From positions 287,832 to 351,831 of the forward strand of contig DYGS01000001.1 in the NCBI GenBank assembly GCA_020724585.1: a stretch of 64,000 nt of DNA. The letters run 5' to 3'. The translations under genes were made by a program, and so were the position numbers. Each line of letters starts with the position of its first letter. Position 1 is the stretch's first letter. The notes below the pieces were generated by a model. That model saw only the letters and a list, made by a program, of their open reading frames with translations, made no database searches and was not told the DNA's origin. This document shows positions 56,331-64,000 of the stretch, piece after piece. Source of the DNA: Candidatus Microgenomatus sp. (GTDB taxonomy: Bacteria; Patescibacteriota; Microgenomatia; UBA8517).

Positions 56331-58286
56331 ATGGATAATAACTCTGCCGTTTTGATACCTAAAATTGAACCTAATGATAATTCCAATAGCGACGGGACTG
56401 TTGTTGAAGTTAAAAAAAAGAACAAATACAAAAAACCGCTTTTGATATCAGGAATAATTATGGCCGTAATTTTGGCCCTTTTGGTTCCCATTTTACTTTT
56501 TTATATTCAGGTCAAGAAGGTTTTAGGCAATATTGCTCCAATTGTTGCAGGCCAGTCATATGAGAGCGTTGACAAAATAAGAAGCGATTTTGAAATCGTT
56601 AGAAAGAATGTAGCCGATTTAAAAAAATCTTATGTTTTAATTTCATGGATGAGGTTTGTGCCGTTTTTGGGTAAATATGTGTCAGATTTGGGAGACGGAC
56701 TTAATGCTTCAGTTAAAATCTTTGATGCAGGAGAAATTGCTTTTACTACTCTCGACCCTCTGCTTTTAGAGCTTGGTTATAAGGATAGTAAAGAGAAGGA
56801 AACTTCAGAAAAATCTGCACAGGAAAGAATCGATTTTGTGGTAAATTCAATTCCTAGAATTTTTCCGCAAGTTGATCAGATTGTCAAAAATATTCAAGAC
56901 GCAAATTTTTATTTGTCGCGAATTGACCCAAATGACTATCCCGAGAATGTTAGGGGAATACCTGTGAGGGAAAAATTAGACAGCTATCTTGATAAATTTG
57001 AGGAAGCATCAAAATATATCGCCAGGAGTAAGCCATTGCTTGAAAGTACTCCTTATTTACTTGGAGTTGACGGCGATAGAAATTATTTAGTATTGTTTCA
57101 AAACGATAAAGAGCTTCGACCAACGGGGGGTTTTTTAACTGCTTATTCGATAATGAAGGTAAGAGATGCTAAATTTGAGCCTGTAACATCGGACGATATT
57201 TATAATTTAGATTCAAAATACAAACCTTGGCTACCCGCTCCAACTGCAATAGTTGATCTCATAAAAGGCCCTTACATTTTGTCCAAAAACATAAGACTTA
57301 GAGATATGAATTATAGTCCTGATTTTAAAGTTTCAATGGATTTATTTTCCAAAGAGGCGGAAAAGGCGGGTTTAAAAGGGGTTGATGGAATCATTGCAGT
57401 TGATACGCAATTGTTGGTTAATCTTTTGGAAGGGTTGGGAGAGATTGGTGTTCCAGGCTTTGGAAATTATTCGTCTAAAAATGACTCAAGATGTAATTGT
57501 CCTCAAGTTGTCTATGAGCTTGAAAGTTTTGCCGACATTGAAGGTCCGATTATCTGGGATCCTGTAACTGGAAAGATAATTTTAAAGCCGCCAAATTCTG
57601 ATAATAGAAAGAAAATAATTGGGCCTCTAATGAATTCTATTTTGGCAAATGCGATGGCTCAGCCAAAAGAAAAATTGCCAAATCTTATAAATTTAATTTT
57701 TAAATCAGTTACGGAGAAGCATGTTTTATTTTACCTTCATGATCAAGGTGCCCAAAAAGCAGTTGAAGATTTTGGTATTGCGGGAAGGATAGTTGATTAT
57801 CCTGGTGATTATCTTCACATATCCGACTCAAATTTAGGAGGTCGAAAGTCAAATTTATATGTAACTCAGGAAGTTGAACAGGAAATATCTGTAAATGGCG
57901 ACGGTTTAATTCAGAAAACTCTCACTTTAACTTATAAAAATCCTGAAAAACATGATGGATGGCTAAATTCGGTTCTCCCCAATTGGGTACGGGTTTATGT
58001 TCCAAAAGGAAGTAAACTTATTGACTCAAGCGGTCTTGAAAAGCAATATGATGTAGATGAGGATTTGGGAAAAACGGTTTTTTCGGGGTATTTTAAATTA
58101 AGGCCGGAAGGCGTTTCAAAGGTTTCATTTACTTATACTCTGCCATTTAAAAAAGGTACAGGTGATTTTAAAATATTGATCCAAAAACAACCGGGAGTTA
58201 ATGCTCCGCTTTATATTGTTAGAAGTCAAAAGTCGGAAGAGGAGTTTTTGCTAAATACTGACAAAGAAATAAAGATCAAATTGTGA
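56331..58286 (+). CDS. Large N-terminally anchored extracytoplasmic protein (DUF4012-like), commonly paired with the priming sugar transferase
   Basis: 651 aa with a single N-terminal TM helix. The family assignment is from memory and not certain. Confidence 0.4.
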   Translation: MDNNSAVLIPKIEPNDNSNSDGTVVEVKKKNKYKKPLLISGIIMAVILALLVPILLFYIQVKKVLGNIAPIVAGQSYESVDKIRSDFEIVRKNVADLKKSYVLISWMRFVPFLGKYVSDLGDGLNASVKIFDAGEIAFTTLDPLLLELGYKDSKEKETSEKSAQERIDFVVNSIPRIFPQVDQIVKNIQDANFYLSRIDPNDYPENVRGIPVREKLDSYLDKFEEASKYIARSKPLLESTPYLLGVDGDRNYLVLFQNDKELRPTGGFLTAYSIMKVRDAKFEPVTSDDIYNLDSKYKPWLPAPTAIVDLIKGPYILSKNIRLRDMNYSPDFKVSMDLFSKEAEKAGLKGVDGIIAVDTQLLVNLLEGLGEIGVPGFGNYSSKNDSRCNCPQVVYELESFADIEGPIIWDPVTGKIILKPPNSDNRKKIIGPLMNSILANAMAQPKEKLPNLINLIFKSVTEKHVLFYLHDQGAQKAVEDFGIAGRIVDYPGDYLHISDSNLGGRKSNLYVTQEVEQEISVNGDGLIQKTLTLTYKNPEKHDGWLNSVLPNWVRVYVPKGSKLIDSSGLEKQYDVDEDLGKTVFSGYFKLRPEGVSKVSFTYTLPFKKGTGDFKILIQKQPGVNAPLYIVRSQKSEEEFLLNTDKEIKIKL

Positions 58287-58828
58287 AACAAAAAACATAT
58301 TCTTCAGAAGGAATTATTTTAAAGAGAATTAATTACGGCGAGGCAGATAGAATTTTGACCGTTTTTACCCGTGATTTTGGAAAATTGTCCCTATTGGCAA
58401 AGGGTGTTCGAAAAATCAAATCAAAAAAGAGGGGGCACTTGGAAGTTTTTAGTCAAATTAAATTTTCTGCTCACAAAACCCCCGTTCTTGATGTATTAAC
58501 CGAGGTTTTAGCAATAAAAAACTTTGAAATAATAAGAGAGGATTTAAAAAAAGTTTCTTTGGCTTATTATTTTTGCGAAGTGATAAATAAAATTACCCAT
58601 GATGGCGAGCATCCATCTACAATTTATAACTTGTTATCAACTGTTTTGGAACAATTAGAGCATGAAACTAAGCTTAAGAAAATTCGTTTGGAATTTATAT
58701 ACAATTTACTGACGGAAATGGGCTATTGGCCGCGTGGTAAAAAAATGGCAGATCCTGATAACGAGCTATCAAATATTTTAGAACGGCAATTAACTTCTGT
58801 CAGGGTAGGAAAAAAAGTGCTAGAATAA
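58283..58828 (+). CDS. recO: DNA repair protein RecO (short form)
   Basis: 'SEGIILKRINYGEADRILTVFTRDFGKLSLLAKGVRK' aligns with the RecO N-terminal OB-fold (compare B. subtilis '[37 protein letters not shown]'). GTG start overlapping the upstream stop. Confidence 0.7.
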   Translation: MKQKTYSSEGIILKRINYGEADRILTVFTRDFGKLSLLAKGVRKIKSKKRGHLEVFSQIKFSAHKTPVLDVLTEVLAIKNFEIIREDLKKVSLAYYFCEVINKITHDGEHPSTIYNLLSTVLEQLEHETKLKKIRLEFIYNLLTEMGYWPRGKKMADPDNELSNILERQLTSVRVGKKVLE

Positions 58829-58834
58829 GTAGCT

Positions 58835-60199
58835 ATGGATTTAATGGATAAGGTTGTTTCTTTGGCAAAACGCAGGGGATTTGTTTTTCCTTCTTCAGAG
58901 CTTTATGGCGGCCTTGCAAATACTTGGGATTGGGGGCCAGCGGGAACGCTTCTTAAAAACAATATTAGAGATTTATGGCTAAAGACATTTGTTTATTCAA
59001 AAAATAACATGGTTTTAATTGATGCCGCAACTATTTTGAGGCCGGAAGTTTGGGAGGTAAGTGGGCATACAAGCGGATTTTCAGATACTATGGCCGATTG
59101 CAGGCAGTGTAATAGTAGAGTACGGGTTGATCATTTGATCGAGGATAATATTGAAGATATTAAAGCAGAAGGTTTATCTCTTGATGAACTGGATAAAATA
59201 ATTAAAGACAATAAAATAAAATGTCCTAAATGCAAAGCGTTCGATTGGACAAAATCAAGGAAATTTAATTTGTTGGTTGAAGCCAAACTTGGAACACTTG
59301 AAGAAGGAAAGCAGACAGCCTACTTAAGAGGTGAAATTGCCCAAGGAATATTTTTAAATTACAAGAATGTATTGGATACAACGCGCGTTAAAGTTCCATT
59401 TGGTATTGCTCAAGTTGGTAAAGCGTATAGAAATGAGATAACAATGGGACAGTTTACCCATAGAAGTTTTGAGTTTGATTTAATGGAGTTTGAATACTTC
59501 ATCAATCCAAATGATTGGGAAAATGTTTTTGAAGAATTTAGAGATAAAATGTGGAAATTTGCTTTAAGTCTTGGGATAAAAGAAGAAAACTTAAGATGGA
59601 GAGAGCATGAGGAATTTGAAAGAAGTCACTATAGTAAAAAAACAATGGATATTGAATACAAATATCCATTTGGTTTTAAAGAAATGTTTGGTATTGCCTA
59701 TAGAACTGATTTTGATTTAAAAAATCATCAAAAGTTCTCAGGCAAGGACTTGTCTTATTTAGATCCCAAAACCAATCAAAAATTTATTCCTCATGTTATA
59801 GAACCTACATTTGGACTATCGAGATTAACGGGCATCACTTTATTTGATGCGTATAGTGAAGATGGGGATAAGGTAGTCTTTAAACTAAATCCCAAAATAG
59901 CACCTTATAAAGTTGCAGTTTTTCCACTTCTTGCAAATAAATCAGAACTTGTTGAGAAAGCCAAGATGCTCTTCGACAAGCTCAGAGCTACGCTTCCTTC
60001 GGTCGCTTGGGATGATAGGGGAAATATTGGAAAACGCTACTTTGCTCAAGATGAAATAGGAACCCCTTGGTGTGTTACGGTTGATTTTCAAACACTAGAA
60101 GATAATACTGTTACAGTTAGAGATAGAGATAGTGCAGAGCAAGTTAGAATGTCTATTGACAAACTAGGGGATTATTTTCAAAATAAATTAGATGAATAA
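58835..60199 (+). CDS. glyQS: Glycine--tRNA ligase (class II, alpha2-type GlyRS)
   Basis: 'GFVFPSSELYGGLANTWDWGPAGTLLKNNI' N-terminus and the overall class II aaRS motifs. Confidence 0.85.
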   Translation: MDLMDKVVSLAKRRGFVFPSSELYGGLANTWDWGPAGTLLKNNIRDLWLKTFVYSKNNMVLIDAATILRPEVWEVSGHTSGFSDTMADCRQCNSRVRVDHLIEDNIEDIKAEGLSLDELDKIIKDNKIKCPKCKAFDWTKSRKFNLLVEAKLGTLEEGKQTAYLRGEIAQGIFLNYKNVLDTTRVKVPFGIAQVGKAYRNEITMGQFTHRSFEFDLMEFEYFINPNDWENVFEEFRDKMWKFALSLGIKEENLRWREHEEFERSHYSKKTMDIEYKYPFGFKEMFGIAYRTDFDLKNHQKFSGKDLSYLDPKTNQKFIPHVIEPTFGLSRLTGITLFDAYSEDGDKVVFKLNPKIAPYKVAVFPLLANKSELVEKAKMLFDKLRATLPSVAWDDRGNIGKRYFAQDEIGTPWCVTVDFQTLEDNTVTVRDRDSAEQVRMSIDKLGDYFQNKLDE

Positions 60200-60866
60200 G
60201 AAGGCGTTAATACTTTTTGGAGTTGGAGTTTTGTTCCTCGTTTTAGTTGTCGTATTAATTAATTTCAAGAAAAAGGATTCCGGAGTTGGGGACAATGATA
60301 TTGTAAAAGAGATATCATTTAGCGAGAGACCTTTTGTATCACTCATTCCTTCCCAAGACGGTCATTGGCTGACGCTAAAAGTGGAAAAGATAGTGATTGA
60401 TAAGGCAAGTTCCCTTGATTATGAACTTTTGTATTCTCTTCCCGATGGCAGGACCCAAGGAGTTCCTGGAACAGTTGACTTAAAGGGTGAAAAAAGTTTT
60501 GAAAGAAAACTACTTTTGGGTTCAGAATCTTCAGGAAAGTTTAGATACGATGAAGGTGTAAAAGAGGGTAGTTTAACAATTAGAGTTAGAGACCAAAAAG
60601 GAAAACTTTTAGCCAAGTTTTCAACCAAGTGGCATTTGCAGTCAGAGGAACAAGAACTGACAAGTGTTGATCAGAAATTTGTATATAAGTTCGATAAAAA
60701 ACCAAAAGGAATATTCTTTGTAACAATGGAAACATTTGGTTTACCTAACGGCGAAGCCCTGAGCACTGTCGAAGGGGGCCCATATGGAATATTTGCTTCA
60801 TCCGACCTGCCTTCTGGTACAGCCGAAGGTTGGCAGGCAACTTCAGGTAACTTGTTTTATAAGTAA
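60192..60866 (+). CDS. Hypothetical secreted or membrane-anchored protein
   Basis: ORF with an N-terminal TM/signal 'ALILFGVGVLFLVLVVVLI'. Confidence 0.45.
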   Translation: MNKKALILFGVGVLFLVLVVVLINFKKKDSGVGDNDIVKEISFSERPFVSLIPSQDGHWLTLKVEKIVIDKASSLDYELLYSLPDGRTQGVPGTVDLKGEKSFERKLLLGSESSGKFRYDEGVKEGSLTIRVRDQKGKLLAKFSTKWHLQSEEQELTSVDQKFVYKFDKKPKGIFFVTMETFGLPNGEALSTVEGGPYGIFASSDLPSGTAEGWQATSGNLFYK

Positions 60867-60908
60867 GATTTTATCTTTCGTTTAAGTTTATCCTCGTGAA
60901 ATTAGTCC

Positions 60909-60960
60909 TTGACAGGTTGTGAAAAAGATAGCAAAATGGTTGATAATGGTGAAATATGGT
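60909..60960 (+). promoter_or_regulatory. mraZ promoter region: TTGACA -35-like hexamer followed by three TGGT repeats at exact 10-bp spacing (60937, 60947, 60957); candidate MraZ-binding boxes
   Basis: Read from the sequence: aaaTGGTtgataaTGGTgaaataTGGTtagac. Confidence 0.5.
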
Positions 60961-60996
60961 TAGACTTTACCATTATTACTGCCTATACTACTAAAT

Positions 60997-61425
60997 ATGT
61001 TAGTTGGAAGTTATCAGGCAGTACTAAGCGATGCAAGACGCGTCGCAGTACCTAAAAAATTTATTACAGAATTGGGAGATAACCCAATAATTGCCAAGTG
61101 GTATGAAGACTGCTTGATAATAGTCCCCAAAAGTTTTTGGGATTCTTTATCAAAAAGGTTGGTTGGAGGCCGAAGGGCAATTGATCTTGGTGTCAGGGAT
61201 ATTGAAAGATTTATTTTGGGTTCAGCATTCGAACTGGAACCCGACGGGCAAGGAAGAATAATAATCCCTGAGTTATTGGCAAATTATGCAAAATTTGATA
61301 AAGACCTTGTCTTTGTAGGACTTATGGATAGGGTTGAAATATGGCCTAAAAAAGTTTGGGATGAAAAATCTGAAACGCTAGCGGCTGTAACCAAAGAGTA
61401 TATAGAAAGCATAAATCATGACTGA
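60997..61425 (+). CDS. mraZ: Transcriptional regulator MraZ
   Basis: 'VAVPKKFITELGDNPIIAKWYEDCLIIVPKSFWD' and a second 'RIIIPELLANYAKFDKDLVFVG' repeat; the MraZ double motif. Confidence 0.85.
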   Translation: MLVGSYQAVLSDARRVAVPKKFITELGDNPIIAKWYEDCLIIVPKSFWDSLSKRLVGGRRAIDLGVRDIERFILGSAFELEPDGQGRIIIPELLANYAKFDKDLVFVGLMDRVEIWPKKVWDEKSETLAAVTKEYIESINHD

Positions 61426-62236
61426 TAAATACCACCAAACAGTAATGCTTGAAGAGGTTTTAAATGAAATTCCAGGAGGAAAAGTAATTGATTGTACTCT
61501 GGGGACTGGAGGCCATACCCAAGGTTTGGTAAATAAAGGTTGCCAAGTCTTGGCAATTGAGGCGGATCCTAAAATGTTAAAAATTGCCAGAAAAAGGCTT
61601 GGCGATAAAGCCAAACTGATACTTGGTAATTTCGTGGAAATAGACAAAATTGCACAAAATCACAATTTTTTAAAGGTTGATGCAATTTTATTTGATTTAG
61701 GAGTTTCCAATTTGCACTTTAAAAGCGATGATCGAGGTTTTTCATTTGAAGATGAAAATCAGCTTCTTGATATGAGGCTAAATCCTGATACCCAAGGGGT
61801 GAAAGCACTCGATTTGTTAAATGCCTTAAATATTGGTCAGTTGATTGAATTGTTTTCTGTAGTTTTGAAGCCAAAAGATGCAAGAGAATTAGGCAGAAGG
61901 GTTATGGAAAATAGACCGATAACAACAGTTGGACAATTTAAGAAACTATGTTGGGGTTTGGGAGAAAAGAAAAAGTTGTCAATTTCAACTCTTCCAATGC
62001 TGGCTTTAAGAATTGCGGTAAACAGCGAGCTTACAAATCTTGAAGAGGTATTACCAAAGGCTTTTTCAATACTTAAAGAAAAAGGAAAGCTTTTAGTTAT
62101 AACTTTTCATTCGAAAGAAAGAGAGATTTTGGATAATTTTAAGTTGGGCAATAAGCGGGTTTTGTATCCAACTGAAAATGAAATCAGATTAAATCCAAGA
62201 TCAAGAAGTGCCAGGCTATATATAGTTGAGAAGTAA
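61418..62236 (+). CDS. rsmH: 16S rRNA (cytosine1402-N4)-methyltransferase RsmH (MraW)
   Basis: 'HQTVMLEEVLNEIPGGKVIDCTLGTGGHTQGL', and 'FDLGVSNLHF' matches the RsmH 'D.G.SS.Q.D' region. Confidence 0.85.
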   Translation: MTDKYHQTVMLEEVLNEIPGGKVIDCTLGTGGHTQGLVNKGCQVLAIEADPKMLKIARKRLGDKAKLILGNFVEIDKIAQNHNFLKVDAILFDLGVSNLHFKSDDRGFSFEDENQLLDMRLNPDTQGVKALDLLNALNIGQLIELFSVVLKPKDARELGRRVMENRPITTVGQFKKLCWGLGEKKKLSISTLPMLALRIAVNSELTNLEEVLPKAFSILKEKGKLLVITFHSKEREILDNFKLGNKRVLYPTENEIRLNPRSRSARLYIVEK

Positions 62237-62245
62237 ATTATAAAA

Positions 62246-62536
62246 ATGCAAAAAAAACTGCCCAGAATAATTTGGATTTTAAATTTGTTGATATTTACCC
62301 TATGCGTCTATTTAGGTATAGAACAAGCTGGAAAAGGGGCAATTGTTTCTATTCAAGAAGATAAAATCGGTGCATTAACTGAAGAAAGACAAAAACTTTC
62401 GGATTCTGTATTTGTAATGGGCAGGGACGATGAATTATCTGAAAAAGCAAATGATTTGGGTTTTGTCAAACCATCCAAACTTGTTTATTTTAATCAAATT
62501 GACGAGGCCTTAACTGCAAACTTAAATGGATTTTAA
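62246..62536 (+). CDS. ftsL: Cell division protein FtsL-like (small bitopic membrane protein)
   Basis: 96 aa with an N-terminal TM helix then a coiled-coil; sits between rsmH and ftsI. Confidence 0.55.
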   Translation: MQKKLPRIIWILNLLIFTLCVYLGIEQAGKGAIVSIQEDKIGALTEERQKLSDSVFVMGRDDELSEKANDLGFVKPSKLVYFNQIDEALTANLNGF

Positions 62537-64000
62537 ATGAGACTAAAACTTCTAAGTGCAATTTTTTTGATCTTTTTTATAAGTTTGACTGCAAGACTTT
62601 TTTATTGGCAAATAGTAAAAGGCGATGATTTAAGAAGACAAGCAAATGTTCAATATAAAGGTACAAAAATAACTTCCGCTCCAAGGGGCAATATTTTGGC
62701 TCGTGATAATACTTGGCTTGCAGTTATGCGCCCCGCCTGGCTTCTTTATGCAGATACTCCAAATATAAAAGAGGATAGTAAAAAAATTGCTGAGAGCATT
62801 TCACCTATTTTGATTGATGGAAATGGCAAATCTGAAAGCGAGTATAGGCAGGAGCTATTAAAAGAGATAGACAGAATTAAAAATTTGCTTGATAAAAGAG
62901 GCCTTGTTTGGATTGCTCTGAAACATAAAATTACAACAAAACAGAAAGAAGATATAGAAAAATTGGGGGTAAAAGGTCTTGGATTCGAACAGCAAGAAGC
63001 TAGATATTATCCTGAAGGATCAAGTTCTGCACATCTTTTGGGGTTCGTTGGCAAAAATGATAATGGTGAAGATGAGGGTTATTACGGGCTTGAAGGCTAT
63101 TACAATATTACTCTTTCAGGAAAAGAGGGGTATCTCTCCCGCGAAAAAGATTTAAAGGGAGCGCCAATTTTGTCAAACAGCATCAAAGAAATAGGATCGC
63201 GAGCCGGCAGTGATTTAAAAACATTTATTGATATAAGAGTCCAAAAAATGGTTGATCAGAGTTTGAAATCTGGTATTGAAAAATATGGGGCAAAAGCAGG
63301 AACAGTGGTTGTAATGGACCCTAAAACTGGAGGGATTCTTGCTATGAGTTCATATCCTTCATATGATCCATCAAAATACAGTGAATATGAGGCAGGTTTG
63401 TATAGAAATCCGGCAATTTCAGACACTTTTGAACCGGGATCGGTTTTTAAAGTAATAGTCATGGCCGCCGGCCTTGATTCAAAAGAGATAACAGCTCAAA
63501 CTGTTTGCGATATCTGTCAGGGGCCTTTAAAAGTTGATAAATATTTGATAGAAACATGGGATAAAAAATATTATCCGAATTCTAAAATGACAGATGTGCT
63601 GATTCATTCTGATAATGTGGGAATGAGTTTTATCGCGCAAAAATTAGGAGTTGGTAGAATGTATGAATATCTAGATAAATTTGGAATAGGCAGACTAACA
63701 GGTATTGATTTACAGGGAGAGAGCGCTGTTTCTATGAGAAAAAAAGGGACATGGAATATTGTTGATCTTGTGACATCTTCTTTTGGCCAGGGAATTGCCG
63801 TAACTCCGATTCAAATAGTTCGCGCTGTTTCAGCAATTGCCAATGATGGCTTGATGGTTACTCCAAAAGTGGTTGATGATGACAAAAAACCTGAGGCAGT
63901 TAAAGTTATTTCAAAAGAGGCGGCAAATGATGTTACTCAAATGATGGTTGCGGCGGCTCAAAAAGGGGAGGCTAAATGGACAAATTTGAGAGGTTTCAAT
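62537..64000 (+). CDS. ftsI: Penicillin-binding protein 2/FtsI-type transpeptidase (partial, continues past the window end)
   Basis: Hand translation gives 'MRLKLLSAIFLIFFISLTARLFYWQI...PRGNILARDNTWLA...' with the SxxK motif 'SVFK' and the SxN motif 'HSDNVG'. Not in the ORF track because there is no stop before position 64000. Confidence 0.8.
   Translation, partial: MRLKLLSAIFLIFFISLTARLFYWQIVKGDDLRRQANVQYKGTKITSAPRGNILARDNTWLAVMRPAWLLYADTPNIKEDSKKIAESISPILIDGNGKSESEYRQELLKEIDRIKNLLDKRGLVWIALKHKITTKQKEDIEKLGVKGLGFEQQEARYYPEGSSSAHLLGFVGKNDNGEDEGYYGLEGYYNITLSGKEGYLSREKDLKGAPILSNSIKEIGSRAGSDLKTFIDIRVQKMVDQSLKSGIEKYGAKAGTVVVMDPKTGGILAMSSYPSYDPSKYSEYEAGLYRNPAISDTFEPGSVFKVIVMAAGLDSKEITAQTVCDICQGPLKVDKYLIETWDKKYYPNSKMTDVLIHSDNVGMSFIAQKLGVGRMYEYLDKFGIGRLTGIDLQGESAVSMRKKGTWNIVDLVTSSFGQGIAVTPIQIVRAVSAIANDGLMVTPKVVDDDKKPEAVKVISKEAANDVTQMMVAAAQKGEAKWTNLRGFN

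Noticed and set aside
58283-58828. Short RecO (181 aa) as a possible pseudogene
   Set aside because: The N-terminal OB-fold aligns well with RecO, and the ORF is intact and translationally coupled to its neighbours. Compact proteins are common in small genomes, so there is no evidence of truncation by frameshift.
1-64000. Alternative genetic code (TGA recoding, as in some candidate-phylum bacteria)
   Set aside because: TGA terminates several genes, for example 633..2282, 2279..3922 and 56331..58286. Those gene lengths are consistent with homologues and with the coupled downstream starts, so the standard bacterial code fits.

Overview
This is a 64-kb window from a very AT-rich (about 30% GC by eye), standard-code bacterial genome. 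TGA is used as an ordinary stop and GGAGG/AAGGA ribosome-binding sites are present. The gene content resembles a Patescibacteria/CPR-type genome; this is an inference from gene content, not a search result.

Almost the whole window is one giant cell-surface glycosylation locus. It contains:
- 13 predicted GT-C-fold integral-membrane glycosyltransferase-like proteins, 10 of them ArnT/PMT-like, including four tandem PMT/GT39-like paralogs at 657..7540;
- at least 8 GT4 and 8 GT2 cytoplasmic glycosyltransferases;
- a priming polyprenyl-phosphate sugar phosphotransferase, a Wzx flippase, an O-antigen ligase/polymerase-like protein and ManC;
- an AsnB-type amidotransferase, two acetyltransferases, two SAM-dependent methyltransferases, an SDR and a P-type ATPase.

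Several small accessory modules are embedded in this locus:
- an AbiEii nucleotidyltransferase toxin pair (8407..9322);
- a Panacea (DUF4065) antitoxin with an overlapping unknown partner (26674..27596);
- a stand-alone DUF3800 gene (15402..16154);
- a visibly GC-rich foreign membrane-protein gene (48880..49251);
- a TrpR/YerC-like regulator flanked by 22-bp palindromic direct repeats that carry a TrpR-operator-like GTACTAGT core (52847..53321), with a third related palindrome at 8397..8415;
- an unusual VKOR–dihydroorotate dehydrogenase fusion (10129..11670).

The right end returns to housekeeping genes: recO, glycyl-tRNA synthetase, then the start of the division/cell-wall cluster mraZ-rsmH-ftsL-ftsI. 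The mraZ promoter carries three TGGT repeats at 10-bp spacing. No rRNA, tRNA or CRISPR array was seen. The gene calls below keep all 13 as 'GT-C-like', although several are not identifiable beyond being multi-pass membrane proteins.

Start codons were checked by eye and moved to in-frame ATGs where the ORF track had used TTG or GTG.
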